DNA of 64,000 nucleotides from a virus. The position numbers were made by a program, and so were the translations under genes. The notes beneath the pieces are model-generated. The model saw only the letters and a list, made by a program, of their open reading frames with translations. It did no database searches and had not been told where the DNA came from. This document shows positions 1-10,306 of this stretch, piece by piece (within the stretch, counting starts at the first letter, position 1; each line of letters begins with the position of its first letter). The stretch spans positions 32,001 to 96,000 of IMG/VR virus record IMGVR_UViG_3300045971_000163; one strand, given 5' to 3'.

Positions 1-468
1 CTTGCCCCAGCGATCATACTCTGCGCCATAAATGCTTATTGTGTCCCATTCCCCAATCGCGTCAATCACCACTACTGTTGCCCGTTGGAAGGGGCTAGTT
101 TGGAAGGATGCGGCTGCGTGAGATAGATGATGCGGCTGGTGAACAAACTGTGTGAGCGGTTTGAACATTACCTCTGGGCAATGGTTAGCGAGATATTTTT
201 TAATCGTTATGTCGCTAAAATCAAACGCATCAGCGTATTGCCCAGCATATAACTGCCGCGTCTTTTTCAGCCACGGACGCTCGTAATACGATACAATGCT
301 TGGCGGTCCATGCGACAATGCCTCTTGCATGAGCTCAAGACAAAGGTGCTCGTCGTGTTTCTTTTTGCTGTATCGCTCAGAGTGTCCGGCAAATAAAATA
401 TTGCCTTTACTATCCACAACGCTTACCGCAGCGTCGTGAAAGCCAGCACTAATACCAAGGACTTTCAT
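1..468 (-). CDS. Carbamoyltransferase (NodU/CmcH/TobZ family), N-terminal part; runs off the window edge
   Basis: Manual translation (absent from ORF track): MKVLGISAGFHDAAVSVV...HSERYSKKKHD...YYERP...HHLSHAAASF..SPF..ATVVVIDAIGE, the Kae1-like N-domain motifs of this family. Confidence 0.92.
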   Translation of the reverse strand, partial: MKVLGISAGFHDAAVSVVDSKGNILFAGHSERYSKKKHDEHLCLELMQEALSHGPPSIVSYYERPWLKKTRQLYAGQYADAFDFSDITIKKYLANHCPEVMFKPLTQFVHQPHHLSHAAASFQTSPFQRATVVVIDAIGEWDTISIYGAEYDRWGK

Positions 469-566
469 TTATAGATAAACGGGTCCATTTTGCGAAGTTT
501 CTTCAACTTCTTGCGATATGCTATCTCAAGTTTAATCTTGTTGATCAGTCGTTTAATCCAGCCCAT
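465..566 (-). CDS. Small basic 33-aa peptide MGWIKRLINKIKLEIAYRKKLKKLRKMDPFIYK
   Basis: Manual translation; start overlaps the end of the 553..1257 gene and stop overlaps the carbamoyltransferase ATG (ATGA), suggesting translational coupling. Confidence 0.7.
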   Translation of the reverse strand: MGWIKRLINKIKLEIAYRKKLKKLRKMDPFIYK

Positions 567-1257
567 GTTGTTTTCCTTGTAAATATTCTGCTAACTCTTC
601 GGGTGTTCCTACCTGTTCTACTTTGTCTACATATTTAATCTTAATTCCCAAATCCAGTGCATAATTGTACACAGGTGCAACATAAAACTCATTGTTAGTT
701 CTATCGTTCGCAGTTACCATCTTCTCGTATGCTGCTAAGTAATCACCAAACTGTTTCCAGTAGTACATGCCAGCAGTGGCACAATTAGATATCTGTACTT
801 TTTCAGCAACCTTAGTTACGTTGCCGTTTGCGCCTGTGGTGCAATATGACCACTTGTCGCCATAACCTGGAAAGCAGAATATAGTACCGTTTGCAGTCAA
901 TGACTCAACGTCTCTGTCCCAATGTAATAGTTGGTCACTATTCACAATTATTACTTCATCGTCGACACTTACTTCCTCAACAGCTTTGCTCACTGTAGTC
1001 GCGGCACCATCTGTCAATCCGTCAATTGCGACAATGGAGAAGTTTTTAACAAACTTAGCAAATACTTTCTTTAACTTATATTTTTCAATGTGCTCGCGTT
1101 GGCATAAGAATACATGATGCAAATTAAGTAATCCTAAATGCTCAACCACATGTTGAATCATTGGCTTATCTAAGAATGGGATTAACGGTTTGGGTAAGTC
1201 GTAACCCACAGTAGTAAACCTACTCCCCAGTCCAGCCATTGGAATAATAATTTTCAT
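553..1257 (-). CDS. Sugar/polyol-phosphate nucleotidyltransferase (NTP_transferase, GT-A-like fold)
   Basis: IIIPMAGLGSRF...PKPLI, NSDQ, VAEK, EFYVAPVYN, GTPEEL motifs. Confidence 0.88.
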   Translation of the reverse strand: MKIIIPMAGLGSRFTTVGYDLPKPLIPFLDKPMIQHVVEHLGLLNLHHVFLCQREHIEKYKLKKVFAKFVKNFSIVAIDGLTDGAATTVSKAVEEVSVDDEVIIVNSDQLLHWDRDVESLTANGTIFCFPGYGDKWSYCTTGANGNVTKVAEKVQISNCATAGMYYWKQFGDYLAAYEKMVTANDRTNNEFYVAPVYNYALDLGIKIKYVDKVEQVGTPEELAEYLQGKQHGLD

Positions 1258-1850
1258 AATGATAGATATTTTAAGTTATTTAATTGAGTGACGTTATACG
1301 TTTCAAATCCAGCTACTGCCGCAGCATTTAGTGTAGGATGAAAATCGTCTACTACCAATATTTCGTTACGTGGCAAGTTGACCATTGCGGCGATATATTC
1401 AAATGCTTCAGTGCTTGGTTTATTTTTAAGCCCAGAATCATTACCAATCACCAGTTGTCCAGTGTGACCTAAGTTGAAATGGTCTAGTATCATTAATATG
1501 TAATCCACTCTGGCATTAGACACATACGATACGGTAATGCCTCTCTCAAGCAATTTCGTAATAACTGGTATTGTGTGTTCATTATATTCAATAAATTCCC
1601 GGTAATACTTGAGCATGTTAAACTTCCACCTTAGGAACTTTACTCGTTGTTCTGGAGTAAGCGTAATACCTTGAGACTCTTCTAGAAATTTTAACTTTGC
1701 GGTAGTTGGAATAGGAGCGTCAATGAAAATGTCAGTCACTGGAGCAAATCCAAACTTTTTCATAGTTACTTCCATGGAAATATGATTGGCTTCTTTACTA
1801 TCAACCAATACCCCGTCAATGTCGAAGATGACGTGCTTTATATTAGACAT
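1254..1850 (-). CDS. HAD-superfamily phosphatase
   Basis: Motif I FDIDGVLVDS, motif II VSN, KP, motif IV VDD. Confidence 0.88.
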   Translation of the reverse strand: MSNIKHVIFDIDGVLVDSKEANHISMEVTMKKFGFAPVTDIFIDAPIPTTAKLKFLEESQGITLTPEQRVKFLRWKFNMLKYYREFIEYNEHTIPVITKLLERGITVSYVSNARVDYILMILDHFNLGHTGQLVIGNDSGLKNKPSTEAFEYIAAMVNLPRNEILVVDDFHPTLNAAAVAGFETYNVTQLNNLKYLSL

Positions 1851-2716
1851 GATATTTTCTTAGCAACGTTTTTATATACCATTGGTGTAAAATGGCCATC
1901 ATAAGAATGGGTCTTTACTGTTGGGCCATATTCTCCGTCAGCTACCATCATAATACCTGGCCAAAATCCCGTCAACATGTCTGTATACCGTGTGTATGTG
2001 TCGTCGACTTCTATTTGTTCCTCACTCCCAAATGTCACCATCAATGGAGTAAAATTGTTTAATTTAGCTATTCCATATACCCAGGAGATTTCTTTGAAAT
2101 AATAGTGATTGTTTTCTTTCTCACCCCAATGTAACATAATTAAATCATGCAGTATTTTTTCAGAGTTCGACAGTTCTGCGGACCGTTGTCCAGGGTTAGC
2201 CATTGCGTATCCTTGACAAGACAATAGCTCGTGTCTATGATGATATGAGTTCCCAAGTATTACTGTTATTTTTTTATTAGGTGCTAAGTTTTTAACTGTA
2301 AGGCTCCACTCGACTAATACACGGGCTGCACGTTCAACACTTCCACCAGGAATAGACAGGTTCAACACCTGTAACTCTGGTCTAAGAATTTGAAGCTGCC
2401 CGGGCCATGACAATCTTCGTTCTAACTCCCATAGAGTTAAATGTTGTTCTCTAGATTCATTCGAATTTTTGAACTTAAACAACGTCGAGACTCGAGTGTT
2501 AGTATCTAATAGAACATTTTCTCTTGTTGTAAGATCGCCAGGATATCCTACTAAGGTATAATCGGCAGTGCCATGACCATGTGAAAAGCTATCCCCAGCA
2601 CAAATTACCAATGGTGAATCATTGCAAAATAACGTCTTAGACTTATTAACAATTTCGTGTGCTGATCGGTCTCCGTTAGTAAGTTTAGGATCAAAATTTA
2701 ATTCAGCAAATTCCAT
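1838..2716 (-). CDS. SGNH/GDSL hydrolase-like protein (possible acyl esterase/transferase)
   Basis: AGDSFSHG block I, NLSIPGGS block II, C-terminal DGH. Confidence 0.65.
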   Translation of the reverse strand: MEFAELNFDPKLTNGDRSAHEIVNKSKTLFCNDSPLVICAGDSFSHGHGTADYTLVGYPGDLTTRENVLLDTNTRVSTLFKFKNSNESREQHLTLWELERRLSWPGQLQILRPELQVLNLSIPGGSVERAARVLVEWSLTVKNLAPNKKITVILGNSYHHRHELLSCQGYAMANPGQRSAELSNSEKILHDLIMLHWGEKENNHYYFKEISWVYGIAKLNNFTPLMVTFGSEEQIEVDDTYTRYTDMLTGFWPGIMMVADGEYGPTVKTHSYDGHFTPMVYKNVAKKISCLI

Positions 2717-2725
2717 GTACTCACC

Positions 2726-3967
2726 TTAGACTGGTCGAGTATTACCATAATGCACCAATGTGCAACCCCATGACTCAACCACGTCGTGGTCTAAGTATCG
2801 CCATGGATCAACAATGATACTACCGGCCTCAAATGTGCAATAAAAGTCTTGATGATCAGCTTGCTTCATCGTAGTATTACCGTAAGTAGTAGGTGCATGG
2901 TGCGCCATTAAAATAACACCTTTAACCGAGGAATGAATATCGTCCGTCAATGGGTCAATGTAATCGAGTTCAATGCCTGCTTGCTCAACATAATGTCCAA
3001 CCAGCAAACTATAGCTACCATCAATGTAAGTAACATTTGGTTTGAACGCCTTGCCGTGAATCCATACTGGAAGGTTATGTTGTTTAGCTAATTTAATTAA
3101 TTTGTTAGCCATGTTCTCTGCTTGCACTTCACGAGCTCGCATAACCATTTCAAACATGTCGTAGCCTAGGTCAAGTTTTTCTGCCATCCAGCGTAACGCA
3201 ATGTTGTCACGTGGGTGGCATCCACCTGCGTCACCCAATCCTGCTTTCAGGTATGCTGGGCCAGTAATACGGTGTGTAGAACGTGCTAGTGCGTTTGTAA
3301 CAACGTCAACGTTCATGTTGCCGTTCTTCTCTGCTACGTCTTGGATCATGTTTACAATACCAATCTTAGTGCTGATAAATGTGTTATAGAAGATCTTAAT
3401 GCCTTCAGCTTCGTCCCATGTGCCAACTTCGTAGCGTGGATCGTTAACCATAAATGTCTTGTAAAAGTCTGTCAGTATTTTTGCGTCATGTGTAACGTCG
3501 CCGTCCTCAGTCCCAATGATTACCATTTCAGGGTTAACCATATCCCATGCCACACTGCCCATGGCAATCAGGTATGGGTTGTAAATGAAACGTGCGTTAG
3601 TGATCAACGGGCGAAGTTCGCGGCGTGTGGTGCCTGGTAGCACAGTGGAGATAAGAACGACAAGTTGATTTTGTGTTACGTATTTGTTAACGTCGTCAAG
3701 CACGCTCTTGACAATGTCGTAGTTGAAGTCTTTTGGCTCAAGTTCCATACAGGGAATGTGTCCGCCGTATTCTGTTACATGTGGTGTAGGAACAGCGATG
3801 AAAATTAGCTCACGACCCATTACTGCGTCTTGTATCGTAGACATAACGGTGATCTTGTTGCTTTCGACCGTGTTAACATCGTAGCCCGCAACATCGTAAC
3901 CTGCGTCTGCCATAACTTCAGCAGCGACCAAACCCAACTTGCCAATACCAATAAACCCTACTTTCAT
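2726..3967 (-). CDS. ugd: UDP-glucose/GDP-mannose 6-dehydrogenase
   Basis: GFIGIGKLG Rossmann motif, IAVPTP, STVLPGT, AEGIKIFYN, catalytic GGCHPRD, AFKP; RBS AGGAG upstream. Confidence 0.93.
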   Translation of the reverse strand: MKVGFIGIGKLGLVAAEVMADAGYDVAGYDVNTVESNKITVMSTIQDAVMGRELIFIAVPTPHVTEYGGHIPCMELEPKDFNYDIVKSVLDDVNKYVTQNQLVVLISTVLPGTTRRELRPLITNARFIYNPYLIAMGSVAWDMVNPEMVIIGTEDGDVTHDAKILTDFYKTFMVNDPRYEVGTWDEAEGIKIFYNTFISTKIGIVNMIQDVAEKNGNMNVDVVTNALARSTHRITGPAYLKAGLGDAGGCHPRDNIALRWMAEKLDLGYDMFEMVMRAREVQAENMANKLIKLAKQHNLPVWIHGKAFKPNVTYIDGSYSLLVGHYVEQAGIELDYIDPLTDDIHSSVKGVILMAHHAPTTYGNTTMKQADHQDFYCTFEAGSIIVDPWRYLDHDVVESWGCTLVHYGNTRPV

Positions 3968-3993
3968 GTGCTCTCCTAAATAAGTATGTATAT

Positions 3994-4000
3994 TATTTAT
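3994..4000 (-). promoter_or_regulatory. Late promoter (ATAAATA) for the ugd-carbamoyltransferase operon
   Basis: T4 late-promoter-like motif 27 nt upstream of the ugd ATG; the same motif recurs upstream of structural operons. Confidence 0.65.
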
Positions 4001-4031
4001 TCTGTATCTGCTGTCAAGATTTATTTAACAG

Positions 4032-4087
4032 TGTTGTAAAAAAGCAACAAACCATTTGTTGACTTTTGATTAAATTCATGTTAAACT
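4032..4087 (+). promoter_or_regulatory. Host sigma70-type promoter with upstream inverted repeat
   Basis: TTGACT(4059-4064)-N17-TAAACT(4082-4087) with extended -10 TG; TGTTG-N8-CAACA at 4032-4049. Confidence 0.75.
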
Positions 4088-4119
4088 ACCGGCATTGTAA
4101 CAAGAAAGGGTGATTTACC

Positions 4120-5781
4120 ATGAAGGTGCGTTTACTGTTAACTGGCGTTTCAATTGCTGTTTTAACAGCATGTGGCGGGGGTGGTGGAGGCAGTGCGCCG
4201 AGTGCTGCTGCTATTGCCACAGTGGGCACAAATTCTTCGCCGGTGGTGACCGCACCAGTAGTTGCCCCTGCTGTAGTAATCAACCACACCTACACCTATG
4301 CGGCGACACCACCAATTCCGCAGCCAACGCTAAATGGCCACTCCTTATCTGCTGGCGACTACAAGTCTACGCACAATTTAGGAACGTGGGAAGTTGCTGA
4401 TTTGCGTGGCATTGGGCGCGAAGACGTTATTTACGTGCCAACATTTGCACCTCAATATATGCCAAAGCAACCGCTGGAAATTTGGTTGAACAATGGTGAC
4501 GGTACTTGGGACGTTGACGGTGCTAACAAACTAATCGTAGGTGGAGCCCCGAGAATGGGCGCATCCTTAGTAAGGACAAGCGACTTAAATGGTGATGGCA
4601 GACCTGACATTTTAATTGCAGAAGGCATTGAGTTAGGTTCTTGTGGTTCTTCAGCAGACACTAATCATGAACTCTGCTACGGCGGAAATATAGTGTATTT
4701 GGAAAGCCAACCAGACGGCAAATATATTAACGCAAGCTCGAAATTTGCGACAGTAAACATTCCCAATGGGAATGTAGTTATTAGCTCATTGAATGGTGAC
4801 GGTATTAATGACATACTTGTAAATCAAGATGGTTCACTGCGTTTGTTTAAGAACGACGGGCATGCAAACTTCACAGAGCAAACAGACAAGTTACCGTTAG
4901 AAATTCGCTATATTGCAGATCCACTAAAAACTGGCACACGGTGGGCAGCAACAAATGGAGTGGCACAAGGCGTTGGCACTTCAAATTTGATCAAACTACG
5001 TGCAAACAGCAAACCCGTAATTGTTACAGGCAGTTATGGTTGGGACTGGGGCACTGACGAACCTGGTGCGATACGGTTTACAACTGGCACTGACAGCATT
5101 AGGTTTTTCGAGCAAGATGCAAACGGAAATTATGTTCGTACCGCAATGATTGTAGAAGAAAAAACACGAGGCAATGCTTGTGGTATCAATTCGATCGTGC
5201 CAATGCAGGTAAGCAATGTTGCTGGGCGAGAAGAGGTATTTATAAACTGGGAACCAACGACTGCTAATACTCCCAGCACTGCAATTCTTTGCTCTCCTAA
5301 AATCTACACCAGCACAGGTAACGCAGACACTGCGGTGTTAAATGTCACTGAAATGATCAACATGATCAATCCAGCGGATGTGACGATCAACTTAGGTGGA
5401 AATGAGCTAACATTTCCGACCCCTAGTCGAGCAATAGACGTTAACAACGACGGATGGGCCGACATTGAACTGCGTCAGGTCGCCACTATTGATAATATCG
5501 CAAATGGCTACGCTACACGGTTATATAACAATGGTGGAACCAGTTTTGGGATTAAACCGTTAGTCATTGGTGGCGTAACGCAAACAGGAGCAACACTTGC
5601 CGCATTGACTGGCACCGATACTACCAGCAGAGTAATGGCAATGCGTATTAAATACGGGCCTAACAAATATGGTTTTGTGTTGCTTGAAGGTTCAAATTTT
5701 GAGGACTCTAAGATTGATGCAAATACTGGGGTTCGTGTTTGGAACACTATGCGGCTGCACAGTATTTTGAAGGTTGACTAA
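4120..5781 (+). CDS. Lipoprotein with FG-GAP/VCBS-type repeats (likely beta-propeller)
   Basis: Signal peptide with lipobox LTAC followed by GGGGGGS; repeats DLRGIGREDV, DLNGDGRPDIL, SLNGDGINDIL, DVNNDGWADI. Confidence 0.8.
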   Translation: MKVRLLLTGVSIAVLTACGGGGGGSAPSAAAIATVGTNSSPVVTAPVVAPAVVINHTYTYAATPPIPQPTLNGHSLSAGDYKSTHNLGTWEVADLRGIGREDVIYVPTFAPQYMPKQPLEIWLNNGDGTWDVDGANKLIVGGAPRMGASLVRTSDLNGDGRPDILIAEGIELGSCGSSADTNHELCYGGNIVYLESQPDGKYINASSKFATVNIPNGNVVISSLNGDGINDILVNQDGSLRLFKNDGHANFTEQTDKLPLEIRYIADPLKTGTRWAATNGVAQGVGTSNLIKLRANSKPVIVTGSYGWDWGTDEPGAIRFTTGTDSIRFFEQDANGNYVRTAMIVEEKTRGNACGINSIVPMQVSNVAGREEVFINWEPTTANTPSTAILCSPKIYTSTGNADTAVLNVTEMINMINPADVTINLGGNELTFPTPSRAIDVNNDGWADIELRQVATIDNIANGYATRLYNNGGTSFGIKPLVIGGVTQTGATLAALTGTDTTSRVMAMRIKYGPNKYGFVLLEGSNFEDSKIDANTGVRVWNTMRLHSILKVD

Positions 5782-5798
5782 CTCAGTGATTAAACTTG

Positions 5799-5824
5799 AA
5801 AAGCGGGGCTGTTGCTCCGCTTTT
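5799..5824. terminator. Intrinsic terminator, probably bidirectional, between convergent genes
   Basis: AAAAGCGGGGC-TGTT-GCTCCGCTTTT stem-loop flanked by A and T tracts. Confidence 0.8.
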
Positions 5825-5834
5825 CCTTGCCTAA

Positions 5835-7055
5835 TTATTCAAGTGTTACGTTTAATTTTGATAGCACAGATTCAAACTCATCAATGATGAAGTTTACACA
5901 TTTTCCTTTTCTTTGAATTAGCATATCTCTATTTTTTATTAACCGTGGCATTAACTCATCTCGTAATGATGTGCATGCTTCGATAGTGTACTTGGCATTG
6001 ATGCGTAAAATTTCAGCAAACACTGCTGTAAGCCTATCTTTTCCAGAAACAATTGAGTCATACGAATGGTCTATAATATCATCAAACACATCAAATCCTG
6101 AATCACGCAAATATGCAATAATACCAGCACCGCCATTAATAATAGATAAATGATAGAAATAAAATGTCTTGTACACTTTGTCAGTCGGAAATACATACGG
6201 AATACCTTCAAATTGACTGTTATAATCCATTTGGATAGTTTCGTTGACTATTGAGAAAAGACTATATCTAAAAAATGGTTCTATTGATGAGCCAATGACA
6301 GGATTTGTATCATTGACTGATACTGACTCGTCTACATAGTCAAGATACACTGGTGAGCCAACTCTAGCAAAGTCATCCTCTGTAATGCTTCCGTTGGTGC
6401 ATTGTCTAGTTTCAGCAATAAGATCAGGAGTTAACTTCATTATATATGAATAATAACTTTCATTAGAAATGCCAGTCTTACACAAAAATGATACCATTGC
6501 TGCTCTGTGTGGTTTTGACACTCTGTTTAAACACAAAAATTTTTTCTTAAGGTCTTCAGTTGAGGGATGTGGGAAATTAATTTCAGTAGTGTATACTTCG
6601 CATTGCGGATATCGTAAAATATTTATTTTCCCGCGCCCGCCAAAATACCCTTTACTAAACATTGCGTCATATACAGCCGTCGCATTTACTGCTCCAGTAA
6701 CATAAAATATGGATTGCGTGGGGAAAAGTCTTTTATCTGCCCATTTATGTATATCTTGTAAAATATAAAAATATGCTTCCTTTTGTAAACTTATAAGTAC
6801 GCCAGCAGTACCATTCTGAATCCGTTGTTCTACATCAATAGGTATAAATTGTCTGTCTAAATAATCCATAAATATATCACTAGTATAATCATAGTTAAGT
6901 TCATAAAGTATAAATTTAAATGAGTTAGTCAATAATTTATACTTGTAATCAATTACTGGTATTTCATAATTGTGCAGAAGTAATAATTCGTCAGATATTG
7001 ATTTGTAGGCAGCACCTGGCGAACTATTTTGTATTATTGCAATACGATTATTCAT
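5835..7055 (-). CDS. Putative glycosyltransferase-like protein (GT-B/exostosin-like C-terminus)
   Basis: FLCLNRVSKPHR...IVNET...TDKVYK...LRDSGFDVFDDIIDHSYD; paralog of the next gene; AT-rich. Confidence 0.5.
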   Translation of the reverse strand: MNNRIAIIQNSSPGAAYKSISDELLLLHNYEIPVIDYKYKLLTNSFKFILYELNYDYTSDIFMDYLDRQFIPIDVEQRIQNGTAGVLISLQKEAYFYILQDIHKWADKRLFPTQSIFYVTGAVNATAVYDAMFSKGYFGGRGKINILRYPQCEVYTTEINFPHPSTEDLKKKFLCLNRVSKPHRAAMVSFLCKTGISNESYYSYIMKLTPDLIAETRQCTNGSITEDDFARVGSPVYLDYVDESVSVNDTNPVIGSSIEPFFRYSLFSIVNETIQMDYNSQFEGIPYVFPTDKVYKTFYFYHLSIINGGAGIIAYLRDSGFDVFDDIIDHSYDSIVSGKDRLTAVFAEILRINAKYTIEACTSLRDELMPRLIKNRDMLIQRKGKCVNFIIDEFESVLSKLNVTLE

Positions 7056-8391
7056 TGTGATATACCTGATTTATTAAATCAACTATTTTACTATCGAGTG
7101 CTGTGTTTTGTATAAGTAATGTATAGTTATGCTCTAATATATCACGGCATAATGCTGCCTGATCCATAAACAGTTGATAATTATATGCATATCTCTTTAT
7201 ATTATCTACTATAATACGATGTCGATCAAACATGTTATCGAACAGGTCGTATGATTCGTCAAATAAAGTGGGGAACGTTTTAAACCCCATATCACGCAGC
7301 ATTTGCAAATTTCCTTTATCGCCAACGAGCATAAATGGACGTTTATAAAATATGGATTTGAATGTTTTTTCACTTATTACCGGAGACGAGCCGGGAAAAT
7401 TAGTAAACCCACCTGTCTCAGAAATCAAATCAAAACAAGTGTCATATATCCATTTATCATTGTATAAAAAGTTTTGATCTTCGTTGCTGAATAAAATGTC
7501 ATCGTCAATACGCTTTGGAGGCAAAATTGTTGTTGCTACTTCATGAAAAACTGCGTAATCTTCGTCATTGGCTGGTAGCTGCTTTCCTTCAAGCATGTCA
7601 AATCCATAAATAGCACATCTAGTGTCACGTTGATTTTCAGTGAAATTCACTATGCCTGATATATCTGTCATAAAACTAACCCTAGCATGTTTAACTAAAT
7701 CGGCAATTATTAGACGACGTAGGAAAAAGATACGATGCCTCCTCGGTTGCATATTTAAATGTAGGAACAAATATTGTTTTTGTTGTGCAAAATATTGGCC
7801 TAGATCAACTCGATGACTAGTTTGTTTCAAATATGAGCGGCGATCGTGTATTGCTCGCAACGGTAAATTAACTGATACCACTAACGGTGGGCATCCATCA
7901 TGACTCTTATTTGCAGAGGACACTAATATACGTCCAGAATAATTTGGATTAAAACAAGTTAACATGTCTGAAACCATAGCTAACGCTTGCGTCCCAAATC
8001 TAGGAAATTCGTAAACCTCTAACGAATAATCATATAATATAGAAATATTATTGTTAACGATTTTTGAAAATTGACTTTCTGTCAAATGATATAGATAACT
8101 ATTTAACCCTACATCTAATTCAGACTTACATGGAATTAGATATATATAAATTTTATCACTTGCAATTATTGCGTCATCCAATAATTCATATGAAATATTG
8201 GTAGATTGGATAATAGGTGATCTATGAATATTTTCACCTGGCATATATTTGCCCAAAAATGCATTCATCCATTCACGTGACTGGTTCATCCTTGTCGGAA
8301 ATATATCAGTCATTGTTTCATATGCAGTTTTTATGTAAATTTCACCGTCTAATGCTTTAATTGAGTCTACTAAAAATACTATTGGTTTCAT
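7048..8391 (-). CDS. Putative glycosyltransferase-like protein, paralog of 5835..7055
   Basis: FLHLNMQPRRHR...LISET...SEKTFKSI..KRPF...LRDMGFKTFPTLFDESYD. Confidence 0.5.
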   Translation of the reverse strand: MKPIVFLVDSIKALDGEIYIKTAYETMTDIFPTRMNQSREWMNAFLGKYMPGENIHRSPIIQSTNISYELLDDAIIASDKIYIYLIPCKSELDVGLNSYLYHLTESQFSKIVNNNISILYDYSLEVYEFPRFGTQALAMVSDMLTCFNPNYSGRILVSSANKSHDGCPPLVVSVNLPLRAIHDRRSYLKQTSHRVDLGQYFAQQKQYLFLHLNMQPRRHRIFFLRRLIIADLVKHARVSFMTDISGIVNFTENQRDTRCAIYGFDMLEGKQLPANDEDYAVFHEVATTILPPKRIDDDILFSNEDQNFLYNDKWIYDTCFDLISETGGFTNFPGSSPVISEKTFKSIFYKRPFMLVGDKGNLQMLRDMGFKTFPTLFDESYDLFDNMFDRHRIIVDNIKRYAYNYQLFMDQAALCRDILEHNYTLLIQNTALDSKIVDLINQVYHNE

Positions 8392-10298
8392 TTTATTCCT
8401 ACTGTTGTTTTTCCAAAATTTCTGCGCCTGCTAAAGTATATAAGCTCTAAAAACTTAGCGAAAGTCATGTCTTTTGCCTCAGTGAAGTCAAAAGTGTAAT
8501 GCTTACGTGGCACTAATGACTCTCCTTGTAAGTATCCTAACACATCGTACTCTACTTTCGCAACCACTGGGTATTCAGAAAGCTTCTTGTGCTGTACAAT
8601 GTAGTTACGGTGCAATACGCATACAGACTGATATAGTCCAGGCGTTAGTCGGAACTGCTTTAAGTATTCATCAATGAGATCAAACATGTGGTCATATTTG
8701 TCCTCCGTGTGAATATTAATGGTAGTACGGTGTATTAAATTCCACCCGTGGATCGGAATATTACCTACTGACGGGTGATTGATTCTCCCATCAATCATCC
8801 AGCGTGAATAGTATTGCCTCGTATCGTCATGCTCTTGCTTAAACCATGGATCACGCATAAGAAATTCATAAAGCCCAGTGTAAAAATCTTCGTACGATAC
8901 ATCCAAAAACTTACGCATAAACCTTGACGCAAAGGTAGTCAGACCGTTAATATGCAATGTGTTAACAAACCAGCTAAAGCATTGCGCATCTAACATGTCG
9001 TCCAATGGCATTACCCGTGTTGAGACCACAACGTCTACTCCTTCTGCTAACACATCGTCGTTATAACTGCCGCTCATATAATCGTATACTGTGGTGGACT
9101 TAATCTTGTGTAATATACGTTGCCCTGTATTCATTTCAGCATTCTCAAGTAACTGTGCTTGGAATATTTCAATTCCAGTGTGGTTGCCTGCTTCAAATAG
9201 TTGCCATAAGTTATTTTTCCACGACGCTAATGTCTCTGCCGGTAGTCCCAAAATTAGCTCAGTATTAACAGGCACACCTTGCTTTTCAGCCATTGCAAAT
9301 ACCTCACTAATTTGATGCATGCCTAAATTCTTACGCTTAATTGCATCTAAGACATCGCCATTCAAACTCTGCACTGATAATGTCAGCCCGTGATTAAAGG
9401 TAGGCGAGTCAAATAGTTTCTTGACAATGTTAATTACTTCAGCCTTTTGCATCTTCGCCCAGCTTGCATTAAATGTATATGGATAACCGTACTCTGTCTG
9501 CAATGCAATAATCTTGTCTGCTATTAAATTATCACGCTCTACGAACATGCCAAAGTTTGCGTCACAAATGCTCATGTGCCCGCAGTTGTGTGCTGCCATC
9601 CAATCAAGTTCAGTGTATACTCGTTCTAACGCAAATTTCTTAACTTTGTTGTAGGTCAAACTCCCCCAGTCGCAAAACGTACATTGATATGGGCAACCAC
9701 GGTTAGTCTCAAGAGTGGAGTTCCATTCGACGTCTGGATTGTCAGCAATAATTTTATCAAATATACCTGTTGTATACGGGCTTGGTAAGTCATCTAAATT
9801 TTCAATACGTTCTGCATCACCAGTGTTTATCACTGTGCCATTATTGTTGATCAGCAGCCCTGGCACCGTAATAATAGTATTGGTAAGGTATGCCTCAAGT
9901 AAACGTTGAAACGTTATCTCACCCTCACCTTTAACTACGATATCCATAAACGGAAATCGCTCAAATATTGCTAAGTCAGTAATCGGTGGTTCTGGCCCAC
10001 CAAACATTATTACAGTATTTGGTGATGCTGCTTTCAACCGTCGTGCTAATTCATAGTTATAGTTTCTGTTCCAAACATACGTGCTAAATCCAACTATATC
10101 CGAGCCCAGTAAGTTTGCTAGCGCGATATCCAAATCTTCACGTTTCCACTGCAACGTTTTTAACTCAAAATTTTCACTGACAATTACTGATTGCTTGGCA
10201 TAAGCCCACAACACGCCAGCACTATAGGGAAGATAGTGAGCATTTAGCTCTTTTGGCCCTTGTTGGAAATTTGGCTGGACTAGACTTAATGAGTACAT
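8388..10298 (-). CDS. Cobalamin-binding radical SAM enzyme (class B methyltransferase-like)
   Basis: N-terminal B12-binding-like domain (GFSTYVWN, GGPE, GEGE), LPSPY, ETNRGCPYQCTFCDW (CxxxCxxC), DANFG, ELILGLP. Confidence 0.9.
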   Translation of the reverse strand: MYSLSLVQPNFQQGPKELNAHYLPYSAGVLWAYAKQSVIVSENFELKTLQWKREDLDIALANLLGSDIVGFSTYVWNRNYNYELARRLKAASPNTVIMFGGPEPPITDLAIFERFPFMDIVVKGEGEITFQRLLEAYLTNTIITVPGLLINNNGTVINTGDAERIENLDDLPSPYTTGIFDKIIADNPDVEWNSTLETNRGCPYQCTFCDWGSLTYNKVKKFALERVYTELDWMAAHNCGHMSICDANFGMFVERDNLIADKIIALQTEYGYPYTFNASWAKMQKAEVINIVKKLFDSPTFNHGLTLSVQSLNGDVLDAIKRKNLGMHQISEVFAMAEKQGVPVNTELILGLPAETLASWKNNLWQLFEAGNHTGIEIFQAQLLENAEMNTGQRILHKIKSTTVYDYMSGSYNDDVLAEGVDVVVSTRVMPLDDMLDAQCFSWFVNTLHINGLTTFASRFMRKFLDVSYEDFYTGLYEFLMRDPWFKQEHDDTRQYYSRWMIDGRINHPSVGNIPIHGWNLIHRTTINIHTEDKYDHMFDLIDEYLKQFRLTPGLYQSVCVLHRNYIVQHKKLSEYPVVAKVEYDVLGYLQGESLVPRKHYTFDFTEAKDMTFAKFLELIYFSRRRNFGKTTVGIK

Positions 10299-10306
10299 GT
10301 GTTAAA

